From contig CAVSOU010000008.1 in assembly GCA_963729625.1 (NCBI GenBank), positions 32,001 to 96,000 of the forward strand: a DNA stretch of 64,000 nt, read 5' to 3'. Below are positions 50,621 to 60,574 of this stretch, in pieces. Made by a program: the position numbers and the translations under genes. Every line of letters starts with the position of its first letter. Position 1 is the first letter of the stretch. A model generated the notes under the pieces. It ran no database searches and was not told where the DNA came from. It was given only the letters and a program-made list of their open reading frames with translations. The stretch comes from an uncultured bacterium (lineage in GTDB: Bacteria > Chloroflexota > UBA5177 > JANWHV01).

Positions 50621-52249
50621 CTACAGCCGGGATAGTGCCTTACGTGCGATTGCACGTGCGATCCGTGTCGAGCGAGTGCCGAACGTCACTTCGATGGTGA
50701 TCGTGAGGCGGCCCTTGGCCACGACCAGGATTGCATCGCCGCTGGCGTCTGGCAGAAAGAGGTGCGCCTGGTCGCCCAATCCGCCAATAGCCTTGCCGGG
50801 CCCCAGGTACTTTGTGCCGCTCCGTTGCTGGACGCCGATAGCCACGGCACCGCTGTCACTCCCGGGTGCCTTGAGGCCCATGGCCACGACGATATGCTCG
50901 CATACCAGCGCGCTCCGATTGCCATGGGGACCCATCGTCTGATAGACATATTGCGGGTTGCGGCCGAGGATCTGCTGCACGTCGCTCATCGTCACCAGGT
51001 GGCAGGGGTTGGGCAGTGGGCCGCCAGGACGATAGACTATGCGCGTGGGCATTCGCGTACAGAAGTCGGCGAGCGAGATACCGACCAGGTGCAGTCGCGT
51101 GCCGCTGCCGTCCGAGCCGCCGGTGACGGCGAGGTCCGCCGGTGTCGTCAACGGCGTCAGCGTTGGTCCTTGGTAGGCACTACCCGGCGGGCATGTGCAG
51201 CCGCCGACCCGGGTGCAGAAGGTGGTTTCTCCCGCCAACACGTGGTCGAAGTTCCCCGCATCAGACAGCCGTGCGTTCCCGCGGAGCCCCATCGTCACGA
51301 CGTCCGCGTGCGAAGTGAACTCGTAGATGCCGTTCGTGTACAGGTCCGCGGATACCGGGATCTCCTGGCCATTTGCGAGCGCGATCACCTTCACTTGTGG
51401 TGCTGCGGCGCCCGTGCCTCCGGCCGGAATGGCCGGGCCGGTGGTATCCCACGCGGAGCCGCGGTCCGGTTCGCGGAAGTAGCCGGAGGCCCACGAGTCT
51501 AGGAAGCTTGCGCCACAGCCGGCGGTGACTACCCCGTAAGCAGCCCGGTTATCCGGTACCTTGTCCAGCATCCCCTGCAGCTTGCGCCAGACATGTGACG
51601 GGCCGCCGCAGCGCTCGGCGACGTGCGCGTAGAAGCCGATGGCGTCGTAGGTGCGCGTGAAGAGAGGCGTCTGCGGCTGGGACAGATACGTATCCCACCA
51701 GCCCGCATCTTCGCTCGGATCCGGCGCTGCTACCATCTCGCCCACCCAGTCCGCTTGACCTTCGATAATCCATTTTGTTTGTGCGCCGGTGGCGAGCCGA
51801 CTAAACCGCGGCAGCCCGAGGATCACGCCTTGAAAGCAATGGAAGATCTCATGGGCCAGGGTGACGGACCAGTCCGGACCCTGCAACCGGTCTCCCGAAG
51901 GGTTGACCCAGATGTTGCAACTCGCGGGTGTACCGGCATGGCCACCCTGGGCATCGAAAACGTCGGTATACATCAAGGCCGGCGCCTCGAGTTCCGAGCT
52001 ATTCTTCGTGATGACCTCCCGAAGGCCTAGGTGCCGGCCGAGGCCGCTGGCGATCTTCGCGGAAAGCGACTGAAACGCTCGCGTGTAGTCTTTGTCACTA
52101 TGTCCATCACTCGTCGCCTGTACATCTGCTGCCACTGCAATGGGTGCAACCGCGGCGGTGGCGGTGGCATGCGATGTCGGGGTCAGGCCAAGGAGTAGCG
52201 CAATTCCCAATGCGAACGCGGCGATGATACGCTTCGTGATGGTGCCCAT
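50621..52249 (-). CDS. Secreted zinc metallopeptidase (gluzincin-like) with C-terminal DUF3558-like domain
   Basis: Signal peptide; LAHEIFHCFQ...WIIEGQADW; PCHLVT..DV..ILG...GLGDQA. Confidence 0.72.
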   Translation of the reverse strand: MGTITKRIIAAFALGIALLLGLTPTSHATATAAVAPIAVAADVQATSDGHSDKDYTRAFQSLSAKIASGLGRHLGLREVITKNSSELEAPALMYTDVFDAQGGHAGTPASCNIWVNPSGDRLQGPDWSVTLAHEIFHCFQGVILGLPRFSRLATGAQTKWIIEGQADWVGEMVAAPDPSEDAGWWDTYLSQPQTPLFTRTYDAIGFYAHVAERCGGPSHVWRKLQGMLDKVPDNRAAYGVVTAGCGASFLDSWASGYFREPDRGSAWDTTGPAIPAGGTGAAAPQVKVIALANGQEIPVSADLYTNGIYEFTSHADVVTMGLRGNARLSDAGNFDHVLAGETTFCTRVGGCTCPPGSAYQGPTLTPLTTPADLAVTGGSDGSGTRLHLVGISLADFCTRMPTRIVYRPGGPLPNPCHLVTMSDVQQILGRNPQYVYQTMGPHGNRSALVCEHIVVAMGLKAPGSDSGAVAIGVQQRSGTKYLGPGKAIGGLGDQAHLFLPDASGDAILVVAKGRLTITIEVTFGTRSTRIARAIARKALSRL

Positions 52250-52325
52250 ACTCGTGTACCTTCCATTCCGTGCGCTCAGGTCTCCGTGCTGGCTGGGCTT
52301 GCGCCGCTCCTCGCCAACGCCAGTC

Positions 52326-52714
52326 CTACGCCACTGGCAGGCCTGTACTGACCTTTATGGTTCCCCGGAGCCGCTTCAGGTTGTATTTGGTCTTCAGCTC
52401 TGGAATCCACTCCGTGTTCGTGAACGCGAGGGCGTTGCGCGCCGCCAGGTCACCGATGGCCTGCTGATCCGGCAGACCGCTGCCGGCAGCCGCATAGATA
52501 TCGGCCAGTCGATCGAAGAAGTGCTCGAAGCCGGCTGGCGAGATCATCTCGATAGCCGCGCCGGTTCCGGCCCGGCGTTCCAGAAGGTGTGCGGAATCGC
52601 CCGCGGCTTGAAGACGTAGGAGCCGGGTCCTGCGCTGGTCTCGAAGTCGCCAATTCTGACCCCGAACTCGCCCTGCAGCACGTAGGAGTACTCGTCTTCG
52701 TTGGCGTGCACGTG
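52326..52714 (-). pseudogene. Cupin-domain protein, N-terminally truncated and frameshifted
   Basis: HVHANEDEYSYVLQGE...AGPGSYVFKPRAIPHTFWN, shift near 52553, then IEMISPAGFEHFF; no start or promoter. Confidence 0.75.
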
Positions 52715-55653
52715 GTTGAGCGCGCGCGATCATCGCCTGCACCGTGAGCAGGTTATAGACGCACTGTGGCCGGAGGAAGAACTTCCCGTGGCCAAGCGCG
52801 AGCTGCATCGAGCTTTGCACGCGCTGCGCGCGATCGTGGACCGGGCGGGTGACGTGCCCAGTGCGCTGCGATTTGACGGTGAGATGCTGGTCCTGACGCC
52901 GGCAGGGGCCGCCGGGATGGCGCCGGAGTGGCTGGATGCCGATAGCTTTGAACGGACGGCCACCGCAGCGCTCACGGGTCGTGACCTCGCCGCATGCCGC
53001 ACGACGCTGGCCCTGTATCAAGGAGACTTCCTGCCGGATGATCCCTATTCCGAGTGGGTCTCGGCGCGGCGCGCTGAGCTGCAGAATCAGTACATGGCGC
53101 TTTTGCTCCACCTGGGGCGGCTCAGCGGGTCTGCAGGCAATCTCGAGGAGGCGGAGCAGTGCCTGCGACTGGTGCTTCAGCAAGATGCCTGCCGAGAGGA
53201 TGCCGCGGCTACGCTGATGGGCTTGCTGGCATCGGCGGGCCGCCGGATAGAGGCGTTGCGGATCTACCAGGTGCTTGCCGCTGCACTGGAATCGACCATG
53301 GACCTGGCGCCGAATGGCGAGATCGAAGCGCTGCGCGCCCGGTTGCAGGTCCAGGAGGCGGGGCCGGTAGCCGCCGCTCTTCCAGCGCAGGGAATCTGGC
53401 CCCAAGCACTGGGGAATCTTCCGGCACCACTGACCAGCTTTGTTGGGCGCGCCTGGGAGCAAGGTGAGATCCTGGCCCTGTTACCAGGGAGCCGGCTCGT
53501 CACCTTAACAGGTCCAGGCGGCTGCGGCAAGACTCGCCTGGCGCTGGAAGTGGCCGGCCGGCTCTATGAGCGATACCCAGACGGCATCTGGCTGGTCGAG
53601 CTGGCAGCCCTGCAGGATGCTGTGTTGGTGCCCAAGGCAGTTGCGGCCGCCCTGGGGACGCTGGAGGAGATGAAGGGACTCGCGGATGCCGCGCTCGTGT
53701 CGGCGTTGGGTGCCTTTCTCCGCCAGCGCCGTACGCTGCTAGTGCTGGACAACTGCGAACATCTCCTGGGCCCCAGTGCCGCGCTTGCCACGGCACTGCT
53801 ACGTGCAAGCCCTGGGTTGGCCATAGTGGCTACCAGTCGCGAGGCCTTGGGCATAGATGGTGAGACCGCCTGGCACTTACCGCCACTGGCGGTACCCGAG
53901 AATGACGATACGCCGATCGCTGCACTGCTGGACAACGAAGCGGTACACCTCTTCCTCGACCGCGCCCGAGCCAGCAGCCCGGGCTTTGCGCTCGTGCCAG
54001 CAAATGCGGCTGCGGTGCTCCAGATTTGCCGCCGACTCGATGGCTTGCCCCTGGCGCTGGAGCTTGCCGCTGCACGCTTGGGCACGATGTCGGTGGGCAC
54101 CGTAGCCGAGCGCCTGCATGACTGCTTCGCGTTGCTCACCGGCGGTAACCGCACGGCCCTGCCACGGCAACAGGCGCTGCGCGCGACCATGGATTGGAGC
54201 TACGGTCTGCTCGAGACCAAGGAGCGCGCGCTGCTGCGGCGGCTCGCCGTCTTCTCCGGCGGATGGACCCTGGCGGCGGCTGCCGCGATCTGCGTCGACG
54301 AGGATGCCGAGGATCAGACCGCCGTGACGCACGATCTTGCTGAGCGAGCTTGCTGCCCGCTCGCTCGTCTCAATAGCCGACCAGCACGGCTCGTCCAGAT
54401 ACAGCCTGCTGGAAACCACGCGCCAATATGCGCACGGCCGCCTGTCTGACTCCGGGGAGCTGCACGAGATGGAGGCCCGTCACCGCGCCTGGTATCTGGA
54501 TCAGTTGGCACATGCTGGTGCGGCAGCGCGAACCGAAGCACGTGCACTCTGGCTCGACCATCTGGAGCTGGATCTGGCGAATCTCCGCGTCGCCCTCGCC
54601 TCAAGCTGTCGGCAGCCGATGGATTCCGAGGCAGTGCTGCTGCGGGCCGAATCGATCGCCCACCTGGGCCTTGTCCGTGGCCATATTGAGGAAGGTAAGC
54701 AGTGGATCCTGGCGGCGCTCGCTGGCAACGCAGGTACGCCGGGAGCACGAGCCCTGGCGCTCAACGCTGCCGGTTCGCTTGCCAGTGCGCAGGGCGAGTA
54801 TCGCCAGGCCGCCTCCATGTACGAGGAGGGCTATGGCCTGTACACGGCCCTCGGAGACACGCACGGCGCGGCACGCGTGCTGATCAATCATGGCATCGTC
54901 AAGAAGTATCAAGGGGAGCCGGATCGGGCTCGATACCTGTGCGAAGCGGGCTGCCAACTCGCCCGTTCAGACGGCGATCCGATCTTGCTCGCCGTAGCAC
55001 TCAATAACCTCGGCACGCTGGCCATCGAGCGTGGCGACACGGCCACGGCCACGACGGTGCTGGAGGAGGGCCTGGCGCTCAAGCGCCGGTCCGGAAGCCA
55101 AACCGGCGTCATTCAAGTGCTCGTCAATCTCGGCGAGGTGGCGCGCGCGCTGCCCGATCTCCCGCTGGCGACGAGCCGCTACGAAGAAGCCCTCTTCCTT
55201 GCCCGGCTGCAGGGCGACCGGCTGCACACTGGTCTCGTGCAGTACAACCTGGGATTGGTCGCCGAAGCGCAAAACGAGACCGAGAGGGCCGCGACCGCGT
55301 TCAGGACAGCCCTCAAGCAAGAACAGGACCTGGGCAACGCGCAGCAGATCGCGGCAAATCTGGAAGGGTTGGCGAGAGCAGCCCTCAGACGGGCGCGACC
55401 GGACCAATGCGGTCGACTGCTGGGCGCGGCGGAGCACTTGCGCGAGCAGATCGGTGCACCGGTCCCGGAAGTCGACCGCCCTGCGCAGCAGCAGGGCCTG
55501 GCCGGGGTGCGCGAGGCACTCGGCGACGCCGGGACCAGGGCTGCGTGGTCGGAAGGTCGCGCGATGGGCGTCGACGCTGCCATCGCCGAAGCCCTGATCG
55601 ACGGCGACGAAGCTGAACTCGTCTTGCCAAGACCTCATCGGCGCAGCGTTTGA
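52701..55653 (+). CDS. BTAD-ATPase-TPR (AfsR/SARP-like) regulator, N-terminus missing, frameshift near 54336
   Basis: HREQVIDALWPE, ALYQGDFL, NLPAPLTSFVGR, GPGGCGKT, LDNCEH, LDGLPLALELAAAR, then LLETTRQYA and TPRs in the next frame. Confidence 0.85.
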
Positions 55654-56127
55654 CGGCCATTTCCCGCTATCGCCGGCCGGTGGCATTGCCGCTCCTACGG
55701 TGGAGGTCGTTATCGTGCCGTTCTGCCAGTTGCTGCCGGGTCCTCCCGGACCGGCGAAGGTGACGTGGGAATCGGCACTGGGTGCCGGCGACGGGCCCTG
55801 CACGCTGTCGAGCACCGGCACGTCCGGTCTACGCGTGACGACCACCTCTGCACGAAGTGCGGTCGCCACCCTGCTCAGGGCAACCGTCACCAGATCGTCC
55901 GTCTGAAAGAGGCTGCTGGTTGCGGACACGATCGTGCCGGTAAGCACCTCCTGCCCGTCTGGTGTGCCTGGATCGGTACAGGCGACCTTGTCCACATGGG
56001 CGCTAAAGCTGGACGCATGGTAGGCGAAGGTGAGTGCAGCTCGTCATGTCCAAGGCCGCTGCCACTGCGCGTATACTTGACGTATGGGTACGGCGCACGT
56101 GAAGCGGTAGCGCGGGAGTTTCGCAGT

Positions 56128-56367
56128 ATGGCGAGTCCAGTGAACGAAGTTGCTGAGTTCTTCGCGCAGGCGCCGACGCGAGAGCAGATCGCGGCATTCC
56201 ACCTCTCGGCGGAGGCTGAGCTTCGGGTGCGGGACCTGCTCGCGGCCAATGCCGCCGGGACGCTGGGCGCGGGCGAGCAACGCGAGTTGGATCAGCTGGT
56301 GCTCCTAGATGACATTGTCTCCCTCATCCGGGCCCGTGTGAGGCGCGACACTAGTTCCGCAGCCTAG
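56128..56367 (+). CDS. Small uncharacterised protein, putative antitoxin partner of the HNH nuclease
   Basis: 79 aa, GGGAG RBS, helical E..AF.LS...RV..LL..N..G.L...E..ELD pattern; 3 bp before the HNH gene. Confidence 0.7.
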   Translation: MASPVNEVAEFFAQAPTREQIAAFHLSAEAELRVRDLLAANAAGTLGAGEQRELDQLVLLDDIVSLIRARVRRDTSSAA

Positions 56368-56370
56368 CGC

Positions 56371-56793
56371 GTGACCATACTCTCGGCTGTGATGCGCCGC
56401 GCCGTTGTCCGACGTGCTGGCGGGAGCTGTGAGTACTGCGGTATAGGCGATGACGCCGTCCTAGCCCCCCATGAGCCCGATCACGTCATCGGTGAGCAGC
56501 ATGGCGGAGAGACGACGCTCGATAATCTCGCCTATGCCTGCTTTCGCTGTAACCGCTTCAAGGGTCCCAACATTGCGACTCACGATCCGGTGACAGGCGG
56601 ACTTGTACCCCTGTTCGACCCACGCCAGGACCGCTGGCTGGACCATTTCCGCCTGGATGGCGTCGAGATCGTGCCCCTGACGCCCGTCGGCCGTGGTACC
56701 GCTTGGCTGCTGCGTTTCAACGATGAACAGCGGCTGCTCCTCCGCACCGAATTGCTCCGACAAGGCCGGTACGAGCCGCCACACTCACCATAA
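56371..56793 (+). CDS. HNH endonuclease
   Basis: CEYC...DHVI...HGG.T..DNLAYACFRCNRFKG, PLFDPR...W..HF. Confidence 0.9.
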   Translation: MTILSAVMRRAVVRRAGGSCEYCGIGDDAVLAPHEPDHVIGEQHGGETTLDNLAYACFRCNRFKGPNIATHDPVTGGLVPLFDPRQDRWLDHFRLDGVEIVPLTPVGRGTAWLLRFNDEQRLLLRTELLRQGRYEPPHSP

Positions 56794-57275
56794 AGCGGCT
56801 GTGCCCGGCGTTGACGCCAGCAGGCGCCCACACGCTTCCTGCTATTCGCGCCGCATGACCCATGCATGGCGCTCGCGGTGCTCAAGGGCGTGTTGTCCGC
56901 GAGAGCCCGCGTTTGGTTGCCGCAGTTCTCGCGTCTGCCGCGGGCGCAGATCTTCGATCTGGACGGCGCGCGCTGGCGCCATGCAGCCGCAGCTGGTCAC
57001 ATCGGGGGTGGACTGATGGCGGCTGGCCGGCGGCCGTATCCGTGCCACGCCGCGCCTACCGCCCAAGCCCGACGCATCATAGCCCCAACACGGCGCGGAC
57101 GAGTTCTGTCGTGTCGGTATCTCGACATAACGAGTATCGCGCTGCTCTGCCGGCGCCTGCTAACCGTGGCGCTGCGCAGGGTGCGCGGATGTGTGACACT
57201 GGTGATGGCGCAGGCATACAGTATCCGGCGTGGTGGCATGCCGGTGCGGAGGCGCTGGGACAAGGAAGGGATGGC

Positions 57276-59690
57276 GTGCCTCATGGCGCTGGGACCGCTC
57301 AACCGGCAGGTGCTGGCGCGCCTGCGAACGATGCCTGGCTCTTCGGCAGTGACCTCATGCCGGGGATCGTCTCGGTCTGGGCAAACCGCGACGGCCGCGC
57401 GCTCGTCTGGCAACGCTCCGGCGACGGCGTGCGGTGCATCGAAGACCGGTTCAGACCCTGGCTGTACGCGGCCGGCCTCGACGACCTGCGGCACCTCGAC
57501 GTCGCTTTGGTCGAGGACGCGGCGGGGAAAAACGAGAACGCGCCGTTCAAGTACCGCGAGCTGGATGGGCCGCCCGACTCATTCCGCTTCGTCATTTCGG
57601 CCCGCGACGGGCGCGCCCTGAACCGTGCGCTCCTGTCCGGCGCGCGGCGGCGCCTGGGGCGAGCGATACGGCGGCTTGCCGATCTGCCGGGTGAGTATTA
57701 CCAGGTCGGAGTCGTGGAGCAATACCTGATGCTTACCGGTAGGGTGTGTTTCCGCGGCATGGCTTACAGCGATCTGCATCGGCTGCAATTCGACCTGGAG
57801 ACGACGGCGCTTTCGCCCCGCCATGGGCGGATTTTCCTGGTAGCCGTGCGCGACAGCTGCGGGCTGAAGACAATCCTGGAAGCGCCGGATGCGGGCGACG
57901 AAGCGGGCCTGATTGGCGATCTCTGCTCCCTCGTCCGCGAGCGCGATCCGGACGTGATTGAGAACCACAACCTGTTCGGCTTCGACCTGCCGTTCCTGGC
58001 GGAGCGTGCTTCCGCGCTGGGCGTGCCCCTGCACCTGGGCCGGCGCGAGGCACCGCCCCTGCTCGAGCGGTACGACGCGCCGGCGGGGTGGGGACGTGGC
58101 AGGCGCACGCGATACAGCGTGGCGGGCCGCGAGCTGATCGATACGCTCGACGCGGTGCGACGGTATGCCTTCACCGATCGGGCCCTGCAGAGTCACGGCC
58201 TCAAAGCCGCGGCCCGCTATTTCGGCCTGGCGGCGCCAGACCGCACCTATATCGCCGGTCCGGAGATCTTTCGTACCTACCAGCGCGACGCGGAAATGGT
58301 GCGGCGCTACGCTCTGGACGACGTGACGGAGGTCGACGGGCTCTCGCAACGCCTGCTGGGCGCCGCGTTCGCGCTGGCGGGGATGGCCCCGCGCCGCTAC
58401 GAGCGCGTTGCGTCTGCCGGTCCGGCAACCGGCATCCTGGAGCCCATCATGGTGCGCGCCTACCTCCACGCCGGCGCAGGCCTTCCGCGCAACGCGGCGC
58501 TGGGTGATGCGCTTCTGGACCCACATCAGGGCGGCGCCACCATCCTCTATGCCGGCGGTCTGGCAACGCACGTGGTCAAAGCCGACGTTGCTTCCATGTA
58601 TCCCTCCATCATGCGCACGTTCAGTATCGGACCGGAGTGCGATCGTCTGGGCGCGTTGCTCTACGTGGTGGATCGTCTCACCGAGCTGCGGCTGCAGCAC
58701 AAGCGCCAGGCGTTGCTCGCGGAGCCCAATTCTCCCACCGCGCACCAGCACCACGCATTGCAGTCCGCGATGAAGATCGTGGTCAACTCCGCCTACGGCT
58801 ACATGGGGGCCGGACAGATGGCGCTGTTCGCCGATCGCCGCGCGGCCGACGAGGTGACGCGCCGCGGGCGAGAACTGCTCGGGCAGGTCGCCGATCAGTT
58901 GCGTGCCCGGGGCGTGGTGCTGCTCGAAGCAGATACAGACGGCGTGTTCTTCGGCGTGCCGGATCACTGGAGCGAGGACGACGAGCGGGCCTGCGTGGCT
59001 GCGGTTGCAGCCACCCTGCCGGCGGGCATTCAACTGGACTACGAAGGGCGCTACCGGTCGATGCTCGCACACGAGGTGAAGAACTACGCCCTGCTGACCT
59101 ACGACGGCCGGCTTATCGTGCGCGGGGCAGCGTTCCGTTCCAGTCGCACGGAGCCGTTTGGAGAGCGATTCCTGCTGGCCGCGCTTCCCTGCTTGCTCTC
59201 CGGCGACGTCGAGTCAGTGCGAGCGGTGTACGTGGACACCGTGGGCGCGCTGCGGGAGCGGCACTTGGCGCCTGCCGACGTCGCCACCGTGGCGCGGTTG
59301 AGCAAGACAGCCGGCCAATACGCGCGCTCAAGGATCCGCGCGCGAGAAGCCGTGTACGAAGCCCTGCTGGCTGCCGGCCGCACGACCTGGCGAGCGGGCG
59401 AGCGCGTGCGATTCTACCGCGCGGCAGACGGTACTCCCGTATGGCTGCCCGACGTGCTGGAGAATGACACATCCCGAGCGGATGAGCAGGGCGCCACGGA
59501 AGGGTCGGCAATTGCAACGCCGGACTACGACGTGGCGCACTACCTGGGCGTGCTGCAGGCGTCGTACGTCTCGCGTCTACGGAAGGCCTTTTCGGCGGAC
59601 GACTTCGAGCAGCTTTTTCGCCAGTCTGGCCAGGTCGGCCTGTTCGACCGTCCTCTTGCGGACATAGAGCCGCGGTGGATTCGAGCCTGA
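57276..59690 (+). CDS. polB: Family-B DNA polymerase with 3'-5' exonuclease (start uncertain: GTG 57276 or ATG 57189)
   Basis: ExoI FDLETT, ExoII NHNLFGFDLPFL, ExoIII YALDD; DVASMYPS, KIVVNSAYG, ADTDG, KNYA. Confidence 0.92.
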   Translation: MPHGAGTAQPAGAGAPANDAWLFGSDLMPGIVSVWANRDGRALVWQRSGDGVRCIEDRFRPWLYAAGLDDLRHLDVALVEDAAGKNENAPFKYRELDGPPDSFRFVISARDGRALNRALLSGARRRLGRAIRRLADLPGEYYQVGVVEQYLMLTGRVCFRGMAYSDLHRLQFDLETTALSPRHGRIFLVAVRDSCGLKTILEAPDAGDEAGLIGDLCSLVRERDPDVIENHNLFGFDLPFLAERASALGVPLHLGRREAPPLLERYDAPAGWGRGRRTRYSVAGRELIDTLDAVRRYAFTDRALQSHGLKAAARYFGLAAPDRTYIAGPEIFRTYQRDAEMVRRYALDDVTEVDGLSQRLLGAAFALAGMAPRRYERVASAGPATGILEPIMVRAYLHAGAGLPRNAALGDALLDPHQGGATILYAGGLATHVVKADVASMYPSIMRTFSIGPECDRLGALLYVVDRLTELRLQHKRQALLAEPNSPTAHQHHALQSAMKIVVNSAYGYMGAGQMALFADRRAADEVTRRGRELLGQVADQLRARGVVLLEADTDGVFFGVPDHWSEDDERACVAAVAATLPAGIQLDYEGRYRSMLAHEVKNYALLTYDGRLIVRGAAFRSSRTEPFGERFLLAALPCLLSGDVESVRAVYVDTVGALRERHLAPADVATVARLSKTAGQYARSRIRAREAVYEALLAAGRTTWRAGERVRFYRAADGTPVWLPDVLENDTSRADEQGATEGSAIATPDYDVAHYLGVLQASYVSRLRKAFSADDFEQLFRQSGQVGLFDRPLADIEPRWIRA

Positions 59691-59705
59691 CGGGCGAGGC
59701 GTCGA

Positions 59706-60185
59706 TCAGGTGAGCCTCCGCTCCTCACGCGGATGACGAACTTCGACGGTGTACGGGTGCAGTCGTTCCGCCAGGTTATCCAAGCGGTACTCTATGAGGT
59801 CGAGCCTGTGCTCGACTGCGTGCTGAGCGTCACCTCGCGCCAGCGCGCTGCTGGCGTAGTGATTCAAGCTCACGCCTTCCCGCGCAGCTTGATCGAGTAA
59901 CCGGCGGTGCAGTGACTTCGGCACGCGCAGTAGAATCTTCCCACCGCACTCCTCCGGCACCGAGGGCAGCGGAATATCGACGCCCTGGTCGTACGCGGTC
60001 CGCAGCCAGAGTTTGCGCGCTGCGGCTACCATTGCCGGAAGTTCTTCGAGCGTGTCAGCCTCGGTGTAGCAGCCGGGCAGATCTGGAAACAGCACCGCGT
60101 AGCCGCCTTCCGGATCGACGTGCACCTCAAACGGATACTCAAGTGCCAGGTACTCGTCGAGAGTCCTGCGTCGTGCCGATGTCAT
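59706..60185 (-). CDS. hicB: HicB antitoxin
   Basis: GGYAVLFPDLPGC.TEADT.EE and GKILLRVPKSLHRRL...A.REGVSLN RHH. Confidence 0.92.
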   Translation of the reverse strand: MTSARRRTLDEYLALEYPFEVHVDPEGGYAVLFPDLPGCYTEADTLEELPAMVAAARKLWLRTAYDQGVDIPLPSVPEECGGKILLRVPKSLHRRLLDQAAREGVSLNHYASSALARGDAQHAVEHRLDLIEYRLDNLAERLHPYTVEVRHPREERRLT

Positions 60186-60233
60186 GTGCGTCCCCCCTTG
60201 CGGCCTTCATGATTCTGCGGTCGCGTGCCTGCG

Positions 60234-60473
60234 TCAGTCTTCATCCAGTCCGAGGCGCCCACACAGCCTGTCGAGGTAGATGCGTTTGACCTTCCTCCCA
60301 TGTCTCTTCGGGATCACGATCGGCAGTTCCCCAGCTTTCGTAAACGAGACGTGGCTTCCTTCTTCCCGCGCGGCCGCCCAACCAAAGTGATAGAGCACGC
60401 GGGCAACGTCATCGAACTCGGCCTCGACCGGTCGCTTCTTGATCAGCGCGATGAGCTTCTCAATCTGCGACAT
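60234..60473 (-). CDS. hicA: HicA toxin
   Basis: 79 aa, FDDV.RVL..FGW...EGSH..F.K.G..PI.IP...G..VK..Y. Confidence 0.9.
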   Translation of the reverse strand: MSQIEKLIALIKKRPVEAEFDDVARVLYHFGWAAAREEGSHVSFTKAGELPIVIPKRHGRKVKRIYLDRLCGRLGLDED

Positions 60474-60494
60474 TGTAGTGCCGTCGACACTCGC

Positions 60495-60523
60495 ACGATA
60501 GCACTGGCGATATCATTTTGCAA
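60495..60523 (-). promoter_or_regulatory. hicAB promoter/operator
   Basis: Minus strand TTGCAA-17 nt-TATCGT; imperfect palindrome GATAGCACTGGCGATATC at 60497-60514. Confidence 0.6.
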
Positions 60524-60574
60524 CACGGTTCGGTCATATTTCACCGCGAGCCACGCTCGCAGATCGCGTCGCGC

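Noticed and set aside
56862-57275. N-terminal extension of the 942-aa polB ORF
   Set aside because: Low-complexity translation without RBS; polymerase-like sequence begins near 57330
56128-60473. Prophage or pipolin
   Set aside because: No integrase, att repeats, structural genes or tRNA target visible
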